A stretch of 49,164 bases of DNA from Nemertoderma westbladi (Eukaryota; Animalia; Xenacoelomorpha), in NCBI GenBank assembly GCA_032718475.1, contig JAUCBJ010005964.1, positions 1-49,164 of the forward strand, written 5' to 3'. The position numbers and the translations under genes were made by a program. The notes under the pieces are model-generated. The model searched no databases and had not been told where the DNA came from. It was given only the letters and a program-made list of their open reading frames with translations. Shown one piece after another: positions 39,571 to 49,164 of the stretch. Numbering within the stretch: the first letter of the stretch is position 1; every line of letters begins with the position of its first letter.

Positions 39571-39576
39571 AGGGGT
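39515..39576. repeat. (TG)n tract at the E1/E2 junction, bracketed by GTAGGGGT direct repeats
   Basis: gtaggggt at 39515-39522 and 39569-39576. Confidence 0.92.
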
Positions 39577-40622
39577 TCTGCCGGATGGTGCAAACCGGGG
39601 AGACATACTGTACTTTTGACCCGCAAAGCGGGGAGCGATTGCAAACCGGGGAGCTCCCCGGTTTGTAAGACGTCTATAATCATATTAAGGAGGTCAAATA
39701 TAATCAGTATGACGTCATTTTTTATAAATATAATTTTATTTTATATCATCCCCGGTTTGTGTTTATGAAGCGAACTTGGTGTGTCTATGAATGTGGAGTG
39801 TATCGGAATTTATGGTCCCCGCTTTGTGTGAACAATATCCGTGCTCCCCGCTTTGTAATATTCGCCGCTAGATGTCGCAAAATCGTAGGTGAAAAATTAT
39901 ACGAAGCCAATAACGGAGTGTGACAGTCCCCGGTTTGCTACTATCTCGCCTAGTAAGAACTAAGTAGATTACCGGTACCTCTACATATGTCGCAAATTTC
40001 CATAAACCAATAATTGAGTGTGTCGCTCCCCGGTTTGAAAATGTTGTGCCTTTATTTTGTTAGTAGAAATGCATGGCTAATTACATGTATTTTAAACATA
40101 TCAATATGTTCAAAAACTGTTCCAATATGTACGAAGCTAATGAAAATCAACTCTAATAAAAAAATTTTCCTACGTTTGCAGAGATGGTGTATACATATGT
40201 GCACTTTTCCTCATGTTGTATTTTTTATTCCAGCAAAATCATATCTTTAAAAGTGTCCTTAAATTTTGCATATATGTATAAGGCCCAGGATGCATCGTGT
40301 GCCCTAGGGGTCTCATCATGTGAAAAAAAAAGTTTCCAGGGGAACTTGTTTTTGAAAAAAATACGATATAATTGAAGTCAATAAAACCATAATATATACA
40401 AACTTGCGGTTTCCCAACTCAAATAAAGGGTTAGGTGAGCACACTACTATGGTTAATTAGAAAATTCAGTTACATAAGACGCTGCAAAAATTTACGTTAA
40501 TTACGTTAATCTAACGTTATAGACTATCTTGTGTTCGGTTAGGGAAAAAGTTTCAAAAAAATAAATTTTCCAACCGTTTCATAACAGTTCAATAGCTAAA
40601 TGTCCACAAAACATTAATCCTA

Positions 40623-40858
40623 AACGTAAAGCAGATGTTTAATTTAATTAAATGTTAATTAAGCAACTCCTGAAAGTTCATCTCATCGACGCCACGCCCT
40701 ACATTTAGATCTAACTGGGAGTCGTTGCTCATATACTCTCCTTCCATATGATTAACTTTAATAATATGAATTCAGTTATGTTCCCCGCTTCGATAACGAA
40801 AATAAATGTCTGTGTCAACAAGCATTGTTTTGGGTTAACAAAACGATGAACTTTTTGT
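40623..40858. repeat. DR1 of E2 (partner at about 43039-43279)
   Basis: Same ~240-bp direct repeat pair as in E1. Confidence 0.9.
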
Positions 40859-42886
40859 AATCAGTACTACAAAATACGAACAACTGGTAATCAGTACTAC
40901 ATAATACGAACAACTGGTAATCAGTACTACATAATACGAACAACTGGTAATCAGTACTACATAATACGAACAACTGGTAATCCGTACTACATAATACGAA
41001 CAACTGGTAATCCGTACTACAAAATACGAACAACTGGTAATCAGTACTACAAAATACGAACAACTGGTAATCCGTACTACAAAATACGAACAACTGGTAA
41101 TCAGTACTACAAAATACGAATAACTGGTAATCAGTACTACAAAATACGAACAACTGGTAATCAGTACTACATAATACGAACAACTGGTAATCCGTACTAC
41201 AAAATTCGAACAACTGGTAATCAGTACTACATAATACGAACAACTGGTAATCAGTACTACATAATACGAACAACTGGTAATCCGTACTACAAAATACGAA
41301 CAACTGGTAATCAGTACTACAAAATACGAACAACTGGTAATCCGTACTACAAAATACGAACAACTGGTAATCAGTACTACAAAATACGAACAACTGGTAA
41401 TCCGTACTACAAAATACGAACAACTGGTAATCAGTACTACATAATACGAACAACTGGTAATCAGTACTACATAATACGAACAACTGGTAATCCGTACTAC
41501 AAAATACGAACAACTGGTAATCAGTACTACAAAATACAAACAACTGGTAATCAGTACTACATAATACGAACAACTGGTAATCAGTACTACAAAATACGAA
41601 CAACTGGTAATCAGTACTACATAATACGAACAACTGGTAATCCGTACTACATAATACGAACAACTGGTAATCCGTACTACAAAATACGAACAACTGGTAA
41701 TCAGTACTACATAATACGAACAACTGGTAATCAGTACTACATAATACGAACAACTGGTAATCCGTACTACATAATACGAACAACTGGTAATCCGTACTAC
41801 AAAATACGAACAACTGGTAATCCGTACTACATAATACGAACAACTGGTAATCCGTACTACAAAATACGAACAACTGGTAATCAGTACTACAAAATACGAA
41901 CAACTGGTAATCAGTACTACAAAATACGAACAACTGGTAATCCGTACTACAAAATACGAACAACTGGTAATCAGTACTACATAATACGAACAACTGGTAA
42001 TCAGTACTACAAAATACGAACAACTGGTAATCAGTACTACAAAATACGAACAACTGGTAATCAGTACTACAAAATACGAACAACTGGTAATCCGTACTAC
42101 AAAATACGAACAACTGGTAATCAGTACTACATAATACGAACAACTGGTAATCCGTACTACAAAATACGAACAACTGGTAATCCGTACTACATAATACGAA
42201 CAACTGGTAATCCGTACTACAAAATACGAACAACTGGTAATCAGTACTACAAAATACGAACAACTGGTAATCAGTACTACAAAATACGAACAACTGGTAA
42301 TCCGTACTACAAAATACGAACAACTGGTAATCAGTACTACATAATACGAACAACTGGTAATCCGTACTACATAATACGAACAACTGGTAATCCGTACTAC
42401 AAAATACGAACAACTGGTAATCAGTACTACATAATACGAACAACTGGTAATCCGTACTACATAATACGAACAACTGGTAATCCGTACTACAAAATACGAA
42501 CAACTGGTAATCAGTACTACATAATACGAACAACTGGTAATCAGTACTACAAAATACGAATAACTGGTAATCAGTACTACAAAATACGAACAACTGGTAA
42601 TCCGTACTACAAAATACGAACAACTGGTAATCAGTACTACAAAATACGAACAACTGGTAATCAGTACTACATAATACGAACAACTGGTAATCCGTACTAC
42701 AAAATACGAACAACTGGTAATCCGTACTACATAATACGAACAACTGGTAATCAGTACTACAAAATACGAACAACTGGTAATCAGTACTACATAATACGAA
42801 CAACTGGTAATCAGTACTACAAAATACGAACAACTGGTAATCAGTACTACATAATACGAACAACTGGTAATCAGTACTACAAAATT
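40858..42886. repeat. 30-bp minisatellite (about 67 units) in E2
   Basis: Strict 30-bp period with no 33-bp variants. Confidence 0.98.
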
Positions 42887-43293
42887 TACTGTATCTCGCC
42901 ATAATAATGTATTATAATGCCTTATCTATTCACAACTTAGTACATAGTTTCCTGCACAATACAAATACAATACAAATAAAACATTTGTATATTAAAACAA
43001 AATACAACAAATATGCACAGTAGTTACTACAAAATATGAACGTAAAGCAGATGTTTAATTTAATTAAATGTTAATTAAGCAACTCCTGAAAGTTCATCTC
43101 ATCCACGCCACGCCCTACATTTAGATCTAACCGGGAGTCGTTGCTCATATACTGTACTCTCCTTCCATATGATTATCTTTAATGATATGAATTCAGTTAT
43201 GTTCCCCGCTTCGATAACGAAAATAAATGTCTGTGTCAACAAGCATTGTTTTGGGTTAACAAAACGATGTACTTTTTGTCAGCTACTTGTGTT

Positions 43294-46200
43294 TTAGTTG
43301 TTTTTCACTGATAGCTCTTCTAAGATTTTCTTCCGATTGTTCCGGTAATAGTCTTTGACATTTCGCCATGTTCTACCACTTAGCACGGGATTTTCAATTA
43401 TTAACTTTTCCAGAGGATCTTTACCTGGTAGCTTTTCAAGTAAAAGCATCTCCTGAATTCCATTAAGATTCGTCAAGGCCGTTGATTCCGCCATGGTCCA
43501 GGGTCTTTTTATTATTGGTTTGCGTACCGGTACTGAATAAAAAAAAAGATAGATGTGAACAAGCAACGTTATCACTTTATCACGTTTAGGATACCGTAAG
43601 CACAATAATATGATTACAATATTTAATGCCAAAATGTGCCATTTTTCTATTTAATTTCTAATAAGGTGCTTACAATGTAGCATTGTAACATGAATGAAAT
43701 AGTAATATTATGGAATTATATAAGTATAACACATCATACAAAGCAATTTATTGCACACTACTACTCTTTATACAAAAAGCAGTACTATTCTTGTTCTTGG
43801 CTAAAGTACAAGATGCTGAATTCTTTACAGCAACAGTACAAATAAAGTTAATTTCCCATAGAGTAAAATAATTATTCATTAATATAATGTTACCGTTTCG
43901 ATAAACACAATGACGGTGAATTTCATTGAAAAAAGTTATGTTAATTGACATTATTTTCTATTATCAAAACGGGGAATTTTTAAAAAGAATAAGACATGAA
44001 TACCTAAAATTTTCATGTTATTAATAAAAGTTCAGCTTTTAAGCACAAAATAGTCGGCTGAAGCCTGAGGCTACCCGAAGGTAGGGGTGGACGCTACTCC
44101 TATCCTAAGAATTGCTCCCAGTTATTTAACTGGTACTCATTTTATCGACCTCAGGGCAGGGACTTGCATCGAATCGAATCGAAAGCAATTTTTCGTCTTC
44201 GATTTCCCATATATTTTTCGATTCGATTTCGATTCGATTCAGCACAATTTCGATTCGACTCAAGTAAACAATTTCGACTTCGATTCGATTATTCGACCTA
44301 TGAATATTAACTTAATTATTTGTCATTAAATATACATTATAAATTTTATTCTTAACCTGTATTTTCAAAATTCGATATGCCAATAGCTCTGCTCGTGGAT
44401 GAAGTAGGGGATGGCCGACCAATACTCCTATGATCATCAATCCCATCAACACCAATTTGAACAGCAGCAGCAACTTGATCATAACCTTCTATTTGAGTAA
44501 TAGGTTCGACGTCAGAATCAGAATCTGAATTGTCCATAAGGTGGTCTATAAATGAAAACAATGAAAATTATTGTAAAATGTAGGAATGGAAAGATAATAC
44601 ATAACCCAGAAATTGTAAGTTGAAATCCCATCTCGCCAAATTTAATTTTCTCCTTCATGTTAAATTATCAATTTAGGGATGCAGATTAAAGTCGCACGTT
44701 ATTCCAACCAAAACAATAAACCCAATCAATAGAACAGGTTACAGATTCATTGTTGGGAGTAATCAGCTGTTATTTGCTTCGATTTACCCCATTTTGATTG
44801 CGCTGGACCCCCCCCCCCCCCCCCCTCTTACCTACAGATAAGATACCTAGATAAATATTAAATAGACACACTCACCTATAGAATTATCATTCAGGATATC
44901 CTCCAGATTACGCCCTTTAAATTCAGCCAGGTTGCCCTTCTCCATTACCATGAACAGCTTGGATAACTTGGTTACCCTCTGGACTTTATCAGGTAAGCGG
45001 TAAAACTCTCGATGAACGCGTATGTCGTGGCCCATAAAACCTGCCAACAGCTCGAGGTCTTGTTCGCTAAGATTTAGCATAGCCACACTTGTGGCAATAT
45101 GCTTACGTAACTTCGTAGATGTCATAGCCTTTGGATTTGTGAGGTTGACAACAGAAACAAGGCTGTGCAGAGCATCATATCCTCGGATGTGGGAAACACT
45201 ACCATAGTTCGCACGAGCAAAGAGATATTCATTCGTGCTATTAACGCCAACTTCCTCTCGATACTTCAACAAACACTCGATAGCTCCGATGGTTTTACCA
45301 TTTAAAAGAACTGGTACAGTACGACCACATTTACCAACAATCTCCATTACTTGAAAGAGTCGACACATGTTCTGTTCGAGAACACCCAAGTGGCTATTGT
45401 CATCTGACACCTCATTTACATGATGACGTTTACTAAAGTCATCAACCTTAATTTTCGATACCTCTCCTTGTCTACGTCTGTTAAAGATAATTAAGTACGC
45501 AAGTACAAGCTCATTAAGGGATTGCCAACTTTGTTTAATTTGAATTTCCTTATCAATTAATGACATATGTTCTGGAATCCTTTGCTGAATATATTCAGTT
45601 AGTTTAACAATGTCGCTGACTAATGGGAGCAATTGTGGCTTATTACGCTTGTTCTGTTGAATGGTACGTAGTGCATGACCTGAGACTGACATTGGCCATC
45701 TTATGGTGCACAGTGATAGGAAGTTGTCCGCAGACTCCATAGTATCAGTATCATTTAGTTCAATTGAACTAGCCTTCAATAGTGTTGCACATTTCTTTAC
45801 AGAGTGACCCAGCTTCAATGCCAGGGAAGGATGCTGAAATGTGTTGGACGAAGAATCAAAACCAGCCAACTTGTATACTGCATCCACTATAACTGTTAGT
45901 TTAGACGGGATGATGAAATCCTGCAACTTTGCCCTTGGAATGTTCTCGCATTCCCTCAATTGTATCAAGAGACGCCCAAGTTCACGCAACTTATCTCTGA
46001 TATAACCTCTACGGTCGTAATCATGGCCATTCTTATGGCACTCCCTTTTAGCAAATTCCAATATTAAGGCATCTGACCTTACAGCAAAAGAAACTGGGCC
46101 GTTGTTCATAGAACATATAATCTCTTTCACCGTATTGGATAGATCTGATGGACTTCCAATACAGGGTATGAGCAGTTTACTTTCATAGGACCACCTCCCT

Positions 46201-48395
46201 GTTCCTAGACAACCATGTCCAGACTCTTTACCTATATCACGCAATGGGCAACGATGGCGCCAAAGATCACCTTTTAAATACCACCCCATACAAACAGGGC
46301 ATGGGCCATAGTTATCTACAGTATAACATTGGGATTCTGAAACGCTCTTACTATGTCGATATACAACCTGTAATGTGCCTTGGTTCTTTTCTAGAACTTC
46401 AATATTGTGTACATGAGCCCCAAGGTTACGAATCTTGCTCTGTAGACTATGTTTTTCAGCTAAAGAACCAGCTATCATGATGCGAATGACAAAATCTTCA
46501 TTTGAATGCTTTCGTGTCAAATGGTTATGCAATTTTGACTGCGGCTGTTTACAATAAAAACAGTATTGCTTTTTATCATAACTACGACCACCTTCATTAT
46601 TAGTGTAGGGTATTTGAACACTTGATTCCTTATTCATTGAGTACTTAGCCTTCACTTTAGATTTCTTTGAAATAGAGCATCCTACTCCGGGATTAATAAT
46701 TTCTTCATTCTTATTGTACTCATCATCACAAGATTCTGATATCTCATCATCAGAAAGTACCCAGTCTTTATCTCGACAATCATCACAGCCAAGGTCTTCT
46801 AATATATCAAGTGAAAATGGATCTGACTCTATTGCAGATGGTGAAATGGTTGTAAGTGGTCTCATATATAAGTCTGAAATGTTTTCATCTTGAAGATCTA
46901 TTGATTCAAGTATCGCTATCGCTGATTCATCATCATCATTGGGCATGTAATCACTGAAGTAGTCATCGATGAGGTCGGTGACCTTCTTGGCAGGAGAACA
47001 AGTATTTAAATCAGAGGGAGCAATAGAGATAACGGGGACATCAGTATCAGTATGAGGGGGGATATAGACAGCAGTGGGGGCAACTACTGGGAGACTGACA
47101 TCAGTCGGAGTAATTGGTGGGACATAGACAGCAGTAGGGGCAACTTGGGTGACAGAGACATCTGTCGGAGCAACAGGGGGGACAGAGAAAGCAGTCGGAG
47201 CAACAGGGGGGATAGAGACAGCAGTGGGGTTTACAAGTAGGTTATCGACATCTGTCGGAGCAACAGGGGGGATAGAGACTGCGGTGGGGGCAACAAGTGG
47301 GACATTGATATCAGTTGGAGCAACAGGGGGAACAAAGACATCAGTCGGAGTAATTGGTGAGTCATAGACAGCAGTAGGGGCAACTTGGGTGACAGAGACA
47401 TCTGTCGGAGCAACAGGGGAGATAGAGAAAGCAGTCGGAGCAACAGGGGGGACAGAGACAGCAGTGGGGGCTACAAGTGGGATATCGATATCTGCCGGAG
47501 CAACAGGGGGGGCAGAGACATCAGTGGGGACAACAAGGGGGGACGGGACAGAAGTGCGGGCTACAAGTAGGTTATCGACATCTGTCGGAGCAACAGGGGA
47601 GATAGAGACTGCGGTGGGGGCAACAAGTGGGACATTGATATCAGTTGGAGCAACAGGGGGAACAAAGACATCAGTCGGAGTAATTGGTGAGTCATAGACA
47701 GCAGTAGGGGCAACTTGGGTGACAGAGACATCTGTCGGAGCAACAGGGGAGATAGAGAAAGCAGTCGGAGCAACAGGGGGGACAGAGACAGCAGTGGGGG
47801 CTACAAGTGGGATATCGATATCTGCCGGAGCAACAGGGGGGGCAACAAGGGGGAACGGGACAGAAGTGCGGGCTACAAGTAGGTTATCGACATCTGTCGG
47901 AGCAACCGGGGAGATAGAGACTGCGGCGGGGGCAACAAGTGGGACATTGATATCAGTTGGAGCAACAGGGGGAACAAAGACATCAGTCGGAGTAATTGGT
48001 GAGTCATAGACAGCAGTAGGGGCAACTTGGGTGACAGAGACATCTGTCGGAGCAACAGGGGGGACAGAGAATGCAGTCGGAGCAACAGGGGGGACAGAGA
48101 CAGCAGTCGGAGCAACAGGAGGGACAGATACAGCATTCGGAGTAATTGGTGGGACATAGGCAGCAGTCGGAGTAATTGGTTGGACATAGACAGCAGTAGG
48201 GGCAACTTGGGTGACAGAGACATCTGTCGGAGCAACAGGGGGGACAGAGACAGCAGTGGGGGCAACAAGGGGGAACGGGACAGAAGTGTGGACAATATGG
48301 ACTGCACTAACAAGTCTCTTTCTGAGTTGATATTGTTTTCGAATACCATCGTTACAGACGTTTTCTTTCCGAAATCTTTTTCTTATACCATCCAT
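43294..48395 (-). CDS. Three-exon tyrosine recombinase (about 1315 aa): P/T/V repeats, Zn-finger-like motifs, YR domain, C-terminal Myb/SANT-like domain; exons 48395-44876, 44545-44357, 43532-43294
   Basis: CFYC..HLTRKH; CPVC..WRHRC; catalytic set NRRRQGEV (R), GKCGR (K), TKLRK, FMGH, FYRL (Y); both GT-AG introns are phase 1 and join in frame; exon 3 KRPWT..E..PGK..P.L.GRTWRNVKDYYRN; further upstream or internal exons not excluded. Confidence 0.85.
47030..48290 (-). repeat. Coding 30-bp repeat in the YR N-terminus, copy 2
   Basis: Same unit as in copy 1, net 108 bp shorter, frame preserved. Confidence 0.95.
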
Positions 48396-48517
48396 GTTTC
48401 TTACTGAGGGAAGGTGGCTAAATATCTCCAATCATCATTTACGTCGTAGTTTACGAATAACTCTATCAAAACTAGTTCTACTAATAACTCTATAAGGTAA
48501 AACAAACTTGGTACGTA

Positions 48518-48708
48518 CGGGTTGGCATACAATCTTCGCCCGGGGAACCTTCGCCCGCAAGGCAATCTTCGCCAGTGAGCAACCTTCGCCCAATAAGATT
48601 TGTGTTAGTTGCCATTTTAGGTTTCCACCGGGCGAATAGTTGCTCATTTTGAGGGCGAATATTGGACGAGGACGAAGCTTTCTCGCCGGTGAAGTTTGCT
48701 ACGAACCG
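48518..48708. mobile_element. Small CGG...CCG MITE with TA flanks (paralogue of 38066-38256)
   Basis: ta|cgggttggc...gctacgaaccg|ta. Confidence 0.65.
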
Positions 48709-49164
48709 TACATACACAGTCTCGTGCTGCGCGTACATTTAATTTAGTTATTAGATATTCATTTAAGTTATTAGAGTTTCGTTTCAGAGAACAATTATTC
48801 TTTTGTAAATTGTTTGAAAACGAAAGTTCATAAATCAGTATTTAGCATTAAAATTTTCAAGTCAGAAATATACAAATTTTTAGGCTATTATAGTTTTATC
48901 TGTAAATATAATGAAACATACCTTAAATTCGCTCTCTGTACAAAAGTGTGCGATTAAACAATTAAATTAGTCCCCCCATGACCTACTATAACTTATAGTA
49001 TGTCACCCCCCCCCCCCCCCCCCCCCCCCATTTAGAAGACCGCCAGTAGGCCTATACTTTTCAATAAATTGAATGTGAGTCAAACATATAGATTTCCAGT
49101 CCAGGTTGGTTTTCAGGGACACAGTTTTTAATTCAACATAGACCAAAATTTGTCAATGAAACGA

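Larger units (their letters stand above)
39576..49098 (-). mobile_element. Crypton-like tyrosine-recombinase DNA element, copy E2 (open ORF; similarity to E1 breaks at 49098)
   Basis: Collinear and near-identical with 26305-38635 apart from the LINE and repeat copy numbers. Confidence 0.78.

Noticed and set aside
26305-49098. DIRS/Ngaro retrotransposon or prophage integrase
   Set aside because: The only RT is an antisense LINE with its own TSD, absent from copy 2; the YR gene has spliceosomal introns and no phage genes accompany it
26305-49098. E1/E2 as a pure assembly duplication of one sequence
   Set aside because: The copies differ by many SNPs, a LINE insertion and repeat structure, and the junction has its own sequence; a haplotype misjoin is less likely but needs read support to exclude

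Overview
AT-rich, transposon-dense eukaryotic DNA, probably from an invertebrate animal; no prokaryotic, rRNA, tRNA or CRISPR features were seen. The left part (1-9 kb) holds a broken BEL/Pao LTR retrotransposon: protease-RT on the - strand and RNase H-integrase on the + strand, separated by a 37-copy 62-bp satellite and a LINE ORF1 remnant. The middle (10-26 kb) holds decayed + strand ORFs including a double zinc knuckle, an intronless type II membrane fibrinogen-domain pseudogene, a LINE RT relic, a 52-bp satellite and a 2.8-kb segment present twice (15794-18638 and 23555-26304) that ends in a (TG)n tract. The right part (26.3-49.1 kb) is the main finding: two head-to-tail copies of a large Crypton-like element. 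Each encodes a three-exon tyrosine recombinase (about 1315 aa in copy 2) with Pro/Thr/Val repeats, Zn-finger-like motifs, a YR catalytic domain and a spliced C-terminal Myb/SANT-like domain. Both copies start at a (TG)n tract. The motif TCCCCGGTTTG clusters at the putative ends and is inverted across the copy1/copy2 junction, and each copy carries a 30-bp satellite bracketed by ~240-bp direct repeats. Copy 1 is disrupted by a recent 5'-truncated RTE-like LINE with a 13-bp TSD; copy 2 is open. The first copy of the 2.8-kb duplication looks like the unoccupied target site. All family assignments come from motif recognition, not database searches.
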